Positions 56,389 through 64,000 of a DNA stretch of 64,000 nucleotides are shown here, piece after piece (positions within the stretch are counted from its first letter, which is position 1; each line of letters starts with the position of its first letter). The stretch is from the NCBI GenBank assembly GCA_041554135.1, contig JBFFML010000005.1, positions 28,195 through 92,194 of the forward strand. The letters are read 5' to 3'. A program made the translations under genes and the position numbers. This DNA comes from Thermoplasmata archaeon (GTDB taxonomy: Archaea; Thermoplasmatota; Thermoplasmata; UBA10834). The notes below the pieces were generated by a model. It made no database searches. It had not been told where the DNA came from and saw only the letters and a list, made by a program, of their open reading frames with translations.

Positions 56389-56477
56389 GGTTCAGAATGG
56401 AGATCCGGCCACTGCAATCGGGCATTCCTTCCCTAATTTTATAAGCCGTGAGGCCGTGAAGGGGCGAGAGGCCGGGA

Positions 56478-57413
56478 TTGACAGTGAACGACCCCACCGC
56501 AGTTATCGAGACAGTCGATATCACTAAGCGTTTCAAAGACGTCCTCGCAGTGGACTCACTGAGCTTGAAGGTGCAGAAGGGGGAGATATTCGGCTTCCTG
56601 GGGCCGAACGGGGCGGGCAAGAGCACGACAATCAAGATGGTGATGGGCCTCTTCCATCCGACCTCAGGTTCAGCATTCATAAACGGCAAGCCCGCTGGCC
56701 CTGATTCCGTCGAGCTCCGCCGGGACATCGGGTTCCTGCCGGAGCGCATATCGTTCTACGACAACCTGACACCGACTCAGACGCTGGACTTCTACTGCGA
56801 GCTCCGCGGAGCAGATAAGTCCGTTGTACCCTCGCTTATAAGAGAGGTGGGCTTGAATCATGCAGCGAACCGCAAGGTCGGCACGTTCTCCAAGGGGATG
56901 GTTCAACTCCTGGGCGTGGCCCAGGCGATGATAGGTACGCCATCCATCTACATCATGGATGAGCCGACGGGAGGGTTGGACGCGAGATGGGTGAAGGTTG
57001 TCAGGGACAAGATCCGGGCACTGAACGAGCAAGGGGCCACGATAATATTCTCCTCGCACATCCTCTCAGAAGTGCAGGCCCTGTGTCACAGGATTGCCAT
57101 CATAGACAAGGGCCGGCTCGTGGTCGAAGGCACAGTCGAGGACATCAGCGACCGCCTCCGCATAATGCCTCGATTGTGGGTCCAGGCATCGGGCGTTGAT
57201 GAAGGAACGATCACAGCGATTCGCTCGATCGCCGGAGTCGACGAGGTTGCCGTGGACGATGAGGCTCTGCTGGTCACTTGCGAGACGGAGGCTCGGATGG
57301 AAGTCATGGCAGCCCTGCGGGAGAGCGGCGTCGTAGTGAGCGATTTCAAGACGATTGAACCGTCGCTTGAGGAGGCCTTCGTCAGGCTCCTCACCGAGAA
57401 GGAGGGGTTCTAG
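56478..57413 (+). CDS. ABC transporter ATP-binding protein (ABC-2 subfamily)
   Basis: GPNGAGKSTT Walker A, the signature FSKGMVQLLG, and IMDEPTGGLD Walker B. TTG start. Confidence 0.85.
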   Translation: MTVNDPTAVIETVDITKRFKDVLAVDSLSLKVQKGEIFGFLGPNGAGKSTTIKMVMGLFHPTSGSAFINGKPAGPDSVELRRDIGFLPERISFYDNLTPTQTLDFYCELRGADKSVVPSLIREVGLNHAANRKVGTFSKGMVQLLGVAQAMIGTPSIYIMDEPTGGLDARWVKVVRDKIRALNEQGATIIFSSHILSEVQALCHRIAIIDKGRLVVEGTVEDISDRLRIMPRLWVQASGVDEGTITAIRSIAGVDEVAVDDEALLVTCETEARMEVMAALRESGVVVSDFKTIEPSLEEAFVRLLTEKEGF

Positions 57414-58253
57414 ATGCCAATCACTCTGAGATCGATCTACACGATAGCGAAGAAGGAGTTCGCGGACAATGCTAGGAACAAGTGGATTATCTCTCTCATC
57501 TCCATCTTCCTGGTCCTGACGATCGCAGCTTCCTTCATGGCTGGTCAGGGCAGGGTAGGCGAGATGGATGTCACAGTTGGCGTGCTGATAAGCATCTCCA
57601 GCATGCTGGTGCCTATAATATCCATCATGCTAGGATACGCCACGATTTCAGGCGAAGCTGAGAGCGGTGCTCTGTCCGTCGTCCTCGCATGCCCGGTCAG
57701 ACGCATTGAGGTCCTCCTCGGCAAATTCATCGGCCTGGGTTCTGTCATATGCCTGTCGATCCTCGCCGGCTTTGGAATCTCAGGCATCCTGATTTCCGCG
57801 TCGACAGGGAAGGCGGAGTGGAGCGGGTACATCGGCTTCATACTGCTCACTATGCTCCTCGGTATGCTATATCTCAGCGTATCAGTGTGCATCTCATCAG
57901 TCTTGAAGAGACGTGTCACCTCCCTCGGGGCGGGGGTAATTGTGTTCTTCTGGGGGATGATCTGCGGAATGATATGGATAGGCGCGTACATGGCGACTGG
58001 CGGCGATGCCATGGCATTCCTTAGTGGGGACACTTCCGGAGTCCCTGATTGGTTCTGGTTCGAGGTATTCCTCAGTCCTCAGGACGGGAGCGGTACGGCA
58101 GCGATGCTCGCGTTCGGAGAGACAGAGCTCATGGGATACAGCGTAGACTTACCGTCATGGGTCAACCTCGGAACGCTTCTCCTCGCCCATCTGATCTGGA
58201 CCTTGGTACCTATCGCGCTAGCTGGTTGGTGGTTCCAGAAGAGGGACGTTTGA
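57414..58253 (+). CDS. ABC-2-type permease
   Basis: Adjacent to the ATPase (TAG ATG junction). Six hydrophobic helices with a NosY-like N-terminus. Confidence 0.7.
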   Translation: MPITLRSIYTIAKKEFADNARNKWIISLISIFLVLTIAASFMAGQGRVGEMDVTVGVLISISSMLVPIISIMLGYATISGEAESGALSVVLACPVRRIEVLLGKFIGLGSVICLSILAGFGISGILISASTGKAEWSGYIGFILLTMLLGMLYLSVSVCISSVLKRRVTSLGAGVIVFFWGMICGMIWIGAYMATGGDAMAFLSGDTSGVPDWFWFEVFLSPQDGSGTAAMLAFGETELMGYSVDLPSWVNLGTLLLAHLIWTLVPIALAGWWFQKRDV

Positions 58254-58607
58254 AGATTCACAGTAGCTCGCCTAACGGCTGGGCTATCGTGCGTCCCATG
58301 CGAGGATAGGTAATGTGGGGCAGAAGGCTTTGAACCCCTGCCTATCCAGTGTGTCGGAAGCCTAAAAGAATCAACAGGAATCTCGCACCGGGGACAAACT
58401 TCGTTCTTTGTCCTCGTTCACTTTGTTAACCAAGGCAATTCCCGGCCTTCTCTGCGGCAACAAACACTATCTTCACGTGCATCACCCTCTTTTCCATCGG
58501 CGACAGGGCCGGCGGTCCCAGATTGTGAGTGGCCGCCATTCAGATGGATCCCCTGTGGGGCTCTCTCTGATGTGAACGGTTCATCGAGGACAGGTCCCGT
58601 CGAACGG

Positions 58608-59114
58608 CTACTGGACCTGAGCAAACACGATTGCGTAGTTGTGTCCGTAGATCTTCGCGCACCTGGGGCATGTGGTGAAGTAGAAGAAGTACTTCATCGG
58701 CTTCTCACCCATCAACTCGACGAACTCTGCCATCTCCTTGACCCAGATGGGTGGGGAGCTGTACGGTCCATCGAACACCTTGGTTACGTACCTGCCCGAC
58801 AGCTTGACATTCTCCGCTCCGGGGACGTCCTTCGTGACCGCCATGTACAGCTCCGACTTCCACGGTGACGGGTCGTACGCTAGCAGCAGGAAATCCTCTA
58901 TCTTCGGATCGGCGCCTGAATCCTTCGCCAACTTCCACATGCGCCCGATGGTCTTCCCCATGCTTCGCGGCAGGGGCCTATGGAGTATCTGTCCTACGGA
59001 ATCCTTGATGAACGGCTTGCCGTCCCATTCGTGCGTCTTTCCATCCCATGGCTCTGGATCGAACTTTGGGCAGCATGGCTCTGCCGAATCCTTGCAGTTC
59101 TTGCTCATCGCCAT
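58608..59114 (-). CDS. Conserved hypothetical Cys-containing protein
   Basis: CCPKFDPEPWDGK N-terminus and a C-terminal TTCPRCAKIYGHNY. ATG 59114 is chosen because the longer ORF runs into tRNA-Trp. Confidence 0.45.
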   Translation of the reverse strand: MAMSKNCKDSAEPCCPKFDPEPWDGKTHEWDGKPFIKDSVGQILHRPLPRSMGKTIGRMWKLAKDSGADPKIEDFLLLAYDPSPWKSELYMAVTKDVPGAENVKLSGRYVTKVFDGPYSSPPIWVKEMAEFVELMGEKPMKYFFYFTTCPRCAKIYGHNYAIVFAQVQ

Positions 59115-59254
59115 CTCAGCAGCCAAGCACGTATTTAACTGCTGTCGACGGTTGTGTGAATGTGCAGGCCTTGGATGATGCCATGCCAGGCACCCCCGGT
59201 ACAAGAAACCCCTTGATTTCTCGGCCTGACGATTATACTGGCTATGCGTAGGAG

Positions 59255-59425
59255 TGGGGGCAGAGGGATTTGAACCCCCATCGACGGGTTTCCACCACGT
59301 GGAGAGCGACTCCACGCGTTCAGACATGGGTCATCGCTCCAGTTACTCATCACTGGTCAGCAAACCCAACGGAAATCATTCCCATAACTGGAGCCCGTTA
59401 GGATACCAGACTACCCCATACCCCC
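59255..59425 (-). tRNA. tRNA-Trp(CCA) with a ~98-nt intron at 37/38
   Basis: Acceptor GGGGGTA/TGCCCCC, anticodon stem ACGGG/CCCGT, loop CT-CCA-G, T-arm GGGGG-TTCAAAT-CCCTC, discriminator A. No encoded CCA. Confidence 0.85.
59290..59387 (-). ncRNA. Intron-encoded box C/D guide RNA within pre-tRNA-Trp
   Basis: GUGAUGA at 59353-59347, CUGA boxes, and two antisense elements complementary to the anticodon loop and to the exon-2 junction (details in findings). Confidence 0.6.
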
Positions 59426-59451
59426 GGTTGTGCACAGTCGCGGAGAAGCCT

Positions 59452-59559
59452 CTACTTCTTCCGGAGCTTCTGAGCTCTCTTGCGCCTTCTCATCTTCTTC
59501 TTGCGCCACTTCCAGCGCTGCTTTCCGCGCTTCTTCCACGCTCGAGAACTCCTCTTCAT
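59452..59559 (-). CDS. rpl41e: Ribosomal protein L41e (35 aa; below the ORF-track cutoff)
   Basis: Manual translation gives MKRSSRAWKKRGKQRWKWRKKKMRRRKRAQKLRKK with ATG and TAG. This is the extreme Arg/Lys/Trp pattern of archaeal L41e. Confidence 0.55.
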   Translation of the reverse strand: MKRSSRAWKKRGKQRWKWRKKKMRRRKRAQKLRKK

Positions 59560-59619
59560 GCGTCAAACTCCTCTTGCGACTGTTGGCCGTACATCGCTTC
59601 CTTTTTATATTCCTTTTGA

Positions 59620-59840
59620 TGGGGCGCAGCGGGCCGGTCGGGAATTTCGGGCGCTTCGGCGCCTTTCGAACCCGAGACCACTGGCTGTCTTCGGCTCGTT
59701 GGGAGAGCCGTAGAAGGCCAGTGCTATATCCTGACTAAGCCACCGGCCCATCTGGCCGGATGACACATGAGCCCCCTCCGTATAAAACCTTGGTCTGGAC
59801 TTCGTCGGCGTCCCATACACCTCCGGCCCGCTGTGATTCT
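59620..59840 (+). ncRNA. Unassigned structured RNA candidate (~210 nt); strand tentative
   Basis: An 11-bp closing helix (59627-59637 with 59823-59833) and several internal hairpins, including two C(UUCG)G tetraloops on the plus strand. TTTTTATAT lies at 59602-59610 just upstream. Confidence 0.4.
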
Positions 59841-59886
59841 GCGAACGCTTTAAGGGGGGTATTCATCATACCATCTCCTGTTCTCG

Positions 59887-60660
59887 ATGGATGAAGTTGA
59901 GATAGTCGAGCTGAGGAAGATAGACCTCAGGGGCGCCGTGATCATAGATGGGTTCCCCAGCGTTGGACTTGTGAGTTCGATCGTGGCAAACTATCTGATA
60001 GCCCTGCTCAAGCTCGAGTACGTAGCAGTGATGGATTCCGGACTCTTCCCAACGGTATCGTTGGTGCGGAACTCCGAGCCGTTGGGACCCGCAAGGGTGT
60101 ATGCCCGGCCGAACCTCCGGCCAGGCGAGCAGCAAGTCGTGGTCTTCTCCACGGAGCTGCAGCCATCGGCCAATCTCCTTCGCCCTATCGGCAGGGCGAT
60201 AATGGACTTCGCACAGGAGCAGAAGTGCGATCTCATAATCTCCGCGGGAGGCCTCATCGTGGAGGGCGACGAGACGAGCGTTGAGGATGAGGAGAGAGGT
60301 GAGGTGTCCGTGTACGGAATAGGAAGCACTGAGAACGCGGAGAGGCTCCTCGTCGCGGCAGACGCCACACCCTTCACCGACGGCGTCATATCCGGAACGG
60401 CCGGCGTACTGCTCAACGAAGGACGGCGAAGAGGCATGGACGTGATCACGCTCCTCGCGGAGGCGCGGCCCGACATGGCCGACGCGCGGGCCGCGGCCCT
60501 TATCCTCACCTCGATCGATCAGATGGTCATGCATCTCAGGCTCGACGTCGAACCCTTGTGTAAGGAGGCCGAGAGGCTCGAGGCCCAGCTCAAGATCCTG
60601 CACAAGGACGCGGAGAAGAAGAGCAGGGAATCGTTGGAGCCCGTCGCTGGTTACCACTGA
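59887..60660 (+). CDS. PAC2-family proteasome assembly chaperone
   Basis: IIDGFPSVGLVSSIVANYLI and the GGL..E region typical of archaeal PAC2 proteins. Confidence 0.7.
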   Translation: MDEVEIVELRKIDLRGAVIIDGFPSVGLVSSIVANYLIALLKLEYVAVMDSGLFPTVSLVRNSEPLGPARVYARPNLRPGEQQVVVFSTELQPSANLLRPIGRAIMDFAQEQKCDLIISAGGLIVEGDETSVEDEERGEVSVYGIGSTENAERLLVAADATPFTDGVISGTAGVLLNEGRRRGMDVITLLAEARPDMADARAAALILTSIDQMVMHLRLDVEPLCKEAERLEAQLKILHKDAEKKSRESLEPVAGYH

Positions 60661-60797
60661 TCCAGCCAGCGAGCCTGTGTCAGGAACCTTATTATAGCCG
60701 TCCCCGGTTGTGTTCACGTGTCGGGAGTCAAGGCGGTCTGGCGCGTGGAAACCCGACAGGTTTGAGGATGCGATAGGCATCGGGGGAGGAGCCTGGC

Positions 60798-61958
60798 TTG
60801 ATCGACGTGTTTTTCACCGTTATCCTCGCCACGATTGTCGTGATGTGGGTGCTGGGCGTGCGCGGGATCCTTTTGGGACGGATCGCGGTCGCCATCAAAC
60901 GGCACCTCCTGGTCGCCTCGTCGCTCTTCTGGCTGGCCTTCTTCTTGTTCGCGGCAGTATTCGTCGTCAATTTCGACTACTTCGACAGGATCCACGACAT
61001 CGACGAGGCAGTGGACGCCGCAGTCGCTAGTCTGGAGGCTGGCATAAACCCCTACGAGGAGTACGTGATCCCTCGGTTCGAGGGCAGGTGGAGCCCCGAC
61101 GTCAATTGGACGGATGGGCCGTACAACTACCTGCCCCTGGACTTGTTTGTGTATTATGGACTCCATGGCGTCTTGGCAGGCCTCGATTCCCCCATGTGGT
61201 TCGTCGTGGCCAACCTCCTGTTCTCGTATGCTGCGTTCCTGGTATTGAGGGACATGATCACCTCGGACTGGATCGTGTACGCTCCCCTAGCCGGGATCGT
61301 CATGCTGTTCTACTCATTCGACAACGCGTCGCTCACCTTGTTCTTGATAGTACTGTCAGCCTGGGTGTACAAGAAGGCCAGCTGGCACCCCGCCGCCCTG
61401 GCAGTCATCGTGATGGCGCTCGCGACCATGACCAAGGTCTTCGCCGTGATACCTCTTGCTGTGATGGTCATCTACGAACTCGAATCGGGCGCGAAGGCCA
61501 AGGACTGGAGGAGGATCGCCGAGACGCTCGCCGCGGTCGCGGTCGGCGCGGTCGCCGCGCTGCTCATGATGCTGCCATTCGGCGTCGGCTCGGTCCTTGA
61601 CGCAGCCGTGTTCTTCCACGCAAGCGAAGACCTGAGGGTGGGCACGTCCACTGGTGGCACGCTCTTGAGCGAACTGATGGCCAGCAGCGGATACTACTCG
61701 ATGGTCAGCGTCGCGGTGGTGCTCGCCTCGCTCGTGGTCGGGATGCGCTTCAGGAGCCTGAACGACCGGGTGTTGCTGACAACGGTCGCCTTCATGCTCG
61801 TTGCGGTCAAGAGCAGCCTCGCCTTGCCCATGGTTGCGGGCGTGTTCCTCATGCTGCGTCTCAGGGAACTGCATGACGAGCGGCACGAGCCGGAGGGCGC
61901 AGCCCGGGAAGCCGTCCGTGCCATATCTGACGCGGAACCGAACGACGACATCCGCTGA
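60798..61958 (+). CDS. Polytopic membrane protein, possibly a GT-C/DUF2029-like glycosyltransferase
   Basis: About 10 TM helices and a PYNYLPLDLF loop motif. TTG start. The call is weak. Confidence 0.35.
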   Translation: MIDVFFTVILATIVVMWVLGVRGILLGRIAVAIKRHLLVASSLFWLAFFLFAAVFVVNFDYFDRIHDIDEAVDAAVASLEAGINPYEEYVIPRFEGRWSPDVNWTDGPYNYLPLDLFVYYGLHGVLAGLDSPMWFVVANLLFSYAAFLVLRDMITSDWIVYAPLAGIVMLFYSFDNASLTLFLIVLSAWVYKKASWHPAALAVIVMALATMTKVFAVIPLAVMVIYELESGAKAKDWRRIAETLAAVAVGAVAALLMMLPFGVGSVLDAAVFFHASEDLRVGTSTGGTLLSELMASSGYYSMVSVAVVLASLVVGMRFRSLNDRVLLTTVAFMLVAVKSSLALPMVAGVFLMLRLRELHDERHEPEGAAREAVRAISDAEPNDDIR

Positions 61959-62069
61959 GCGGATCGGAGACGCCTCTCCCGCGCCGTCATTTCTACTAAA
62001 GAAATATCTATTATTTCAACCATGACCGGAATGACGCGAAGTATGTAGCAAGAACTTCGAGGTGTAGGT

Positions 62070-63407
62070 ATGTCTTCGAAATATGCTTCAATAACGACCG
62101 CAGAAGTGCCTGGTCCCAAGTCCGCCCAGCTCGGAAAGATGAGGGAGCAGCTGATCGCAAAGGGCGTTGGGATAGTCGCTCCGGTTTTCATAGACAAGGC
62201 CGCCGGGTCCATCCTGACGGATGTCGACGGGAACTCCTACATAGACATGGGGAGCGGCATTGGCGTGACGAACATCGGCCACAGGCCAGCCGAGGTGGAG
62301 GCAGCCATCAAGGCCCAGGCGGGGAAGTTCATCCACACGTGCTTCCAGGTCACGCCCTACGAGAGCTATCTCAGGGTGGCCGAGAAGATAGCGAAGTCCG
62401 CCCCGGGCTCCGGCCTGACGAAGAGCGTCCTGTTCAACGCAGGTGCCGAGGCGGTGGAGAACTCCGTGAAGATATCGAGGCATTACAACAAGAAGGCGGC
62501 CTCGTTCTCCTTCAACCACAGCTTCCACGGAAGGACCATGATGGCGCTCGCCTTGACCGCGAAGGAGATGCCCTACAAGGCGGGGTTCGGCCCATTACCT
62601 GAGACATACAAGGTCGAGTTCGCCTACTGCTACAGATGCCCGTTCAACATGACATATCCATCCTGCGGTGTCGCGTGCGCGGACAAGATAGACGAGCTGT
62701 GGTCGACCCCACAGTTCGATGGGAAGGTGTCCTCCCTCATCGGGGAGCCGATCGCCGGCGAGGGCGGCTTCATCGTGCCTCCCAAGGAGTTCTACCCCAA
62801 GGTCTCCAAGATATGCAACAAGCACGGCGTCGTCTATATAGACGACGAGATACAGACCGGGGCGGGGCGTACGGGCAAGATGTGGTGTGTCGAGCACTGG
62901 CCTGGGACCGAACCTGACATACTGGTATGCGGCAAGGGCATCGGCGGGGGATTCCCAGTGTCCGCCACCACAGGGAGGCCGGAGATAATGGATGCCCCTC
63001 AGGTCGGCGGCCTTGGAGGTACTTTCGGCGGGAACCCCGTGGCGTGCGCCGCGGCGTTGGCCCAGATGGACATCATCGAGAAGAGCCTAGGGAACGTCGG
63101 GACCATAAACTCCTACATGGTCAAGCGTCTGGAGGAGATGAAGCAGAAGTTCCCGGTGATAGGCGATGTCAGGGGCATCGGCGCCATGATGGCGCTGGAA
63201 CTGGTCAGCGACCCGAAGACGAAGGAGCCCGCTGCGAAGGAGACCGGCGCGGTCAAGAACGCGGCGCTGAAGAAGGGACTCCTGATACTGACATGTGGCA
63301 CTTACAACAACGTCATCCGCATGCATCCGTCGATACTGATGCCGCAGGACATGCTTGAGGAGTCGATGGACATCCTCGAGGAGTCCTTCAAAGAAGTTGT
63401 CTCGTAG
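62070..63407 (+). CDS. Class-III aminotransferase, 4-aminobutyrate-aminotransferase-like
   Basis: SFHGRT, DDEIQTGAGRTGKMW and GGTFGGNP motifs; 445 aa. Confidence 0.85.
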   Translation: MSSKYASITTAEVPGPKSAQLGKMREQLIAKGVGIVAPVFIDKAAGSILTDVDGNSYIDMGSGIGVTNIGHRPAEVEAAIKAQAGKFIHTCFQVTPYESYLRVAEKIAKSAPGSGLTKSVLFNAGAEAVENSVKISRHYNKKAASFSFNHSFHGRTMMALALTAKEMPYKAGFGPLPETYKVEFAYCYRCPFNMTYPSCGVACADKIDELWSTPQFDGKVSSLIGEPIAGEGGFIVPPKEFYPKVSKICNKHGVVYIDDEIQTGAGRTGKMWCVEHWPGTEPDILVCGKGIGGGFPVSATTGRPEIMDAPQVGGLGGTFGGNPVACAAALAQMDIIEKSLGNVGTINSYMVKRLEEMKQKFPVIGDVRGIGAMMALELVSDPKTKEPAAKETGAVKNAALKKGLLILTCGTYNNVIRMHPSILMPQDMLEESMDILEESFKEVVS

Positions 63408-63444
63408 GAGCTGCGAGCGTCCACAGAGCATGAATGAAGTCCGG

Positions 63445-64000
63445 TCAGATGCCTCGCTGGACGGCGATGTCATTCGCCCGTTCCAGGTCTTCCTCGTCGT
63501 TGACGTTCACCGCGAGAAGCGGGTCCGCGAATCTGGCGGTCGCCGTCACTGGCTCCGGCGTGACGATGTTCAACCCGATCCATACGAGCCGTGGTCCTGA
63601 GCCGTCTTCCGCTACCGAGCCATGATCTGACGCGAGACGCGTCATCGTCTCAGGTACGACCCCCGCAAGGCTGCCCCCGTCGAACTTGTCTAGCAGCTCG
63701 GTCACATGCTCCTTTCGCACGAACGGCACATCAACGTTGAGCGTGAGGAAGCAGTCCCGTTCCTTGAGGAGCGCGATAACGTCCTCATGATATCCCACGC
63801 CGTCAGTCTCGACGACTAGTATGCCGAGCCTCTGGGCCTCGGCCTTCGTCTTCGGGGTATGGGGCGACACCGCGACCACGATATCCTCGAGCCCGTCGAC
63901 GTCAAGGGCATCCACCGACCGTCTTAGGAGGCTTCTGTCCCCAACGACGAGGAGGCCCTTCTCGACCGGGCTCTTGAACCTGGTCGCTCTCCCACCAGCC
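63445..64000 (-). CDS. MobA/CobY-like nucleotidyltransferase, N-terminus just beyond the window edge
   Basis: The frame stays open to position 64000. The N-terminal region reads AGGRATRFKSPVEKGLL (NTP-transferase glycine-rich loop). Confidence 0.5.
   Translation of the reverse strand, partial: AGGRATRFKSPVEKGLLVVGDRSLLRRSVDALDVDGLEDIVVAVSPHTPKTKAEAQRLGILVVETDGVGYHEDVIALLKERDCFLTLNVDVPFVRKEHVTELLDKFDGGSLAGVVPETMTRLASDHGSVAEDGSGPRLVWIGLNIVTPEPVTATARFADPLLAVNVNDEEDLERANDIAVQRGI

Noticed and set aside
59620-59840. Whether the structured region is SRP (7S) RNA or RNase P RNA
   Set aside because: I could not find the helix-8 signature (AGG..GNAR loop..AGCA with an intervening stem) or the RNase P CR-I GAGGAAAGUCC element on either strand. 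The length is also short for both. It is kept as an unassigned candidate instead.

Overview
GC-rich archaeal chromosomal window. Evidence for archaeal origin: intron-containing tRNAs, a ribosomal protein L41e mini-gene, a PAC2 proteasome chaperone, TATA-like promoters, and many GTG/TTG starts with 4-nt start/stop overlaps. The centre (about 9.9-36.3 kb) is a [NiFe]-hydrogenase / heterodisulfide-reductase island. It holds a ~20-kb minus-strand super-operon in this order: hdrA, hdrC, hdrB, mvhD, double-HdrA, MvhD-HdrC-HdrB fusion, tandem Cys4 mini-protein, split double-HdrA (432 aa + 622 aa), MvhD-wHTH fusion, double-HdrA, mvhD, stand-alone wHTH, mvhG, mvhA, maturation protease. hypB-F-C-A-D lie upstream, hypE downstream, and nikR nearby. 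The flanks carry accessory metabolism: three secreted clostripain-like (C11) peptidase paralogues, a C45-like Ntn hydrolase, and a peptide-type ABC importer with a heavily decorated, membrane-anchored binding protein. They also carry two non-pyrrolysine MttB-family homologues set among amine-metabolism enzymes (N-carbamoylputrescine amidase, two class-III aminotransferases, a saccharopine-dehydrogenase-like enzyme, a GNAT). Other flank genes are a split NadE plus CN-hydrolase pair, peroxiredoxin, and MFS and ABC-2 transporters. RNA genes are tRNA-Glu(CUC), tRNA-Ser(GGA) and tRNA-Trp(CCA), all with 37/38 introns. The Trp intron carries a box C/D guide, and next to it lies a ~210-nt unassigned structured-RNA candidate. 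I saw no CRISPR array, transposase, integrase or recognisable defence genes. The most unusual content is the multiplication and fusion/fission of HdrA and MvhD modules around a single hydrogenase, together with the uncharacterised small proteins (wHTH, tandem Cys4) translationally coupled to them.
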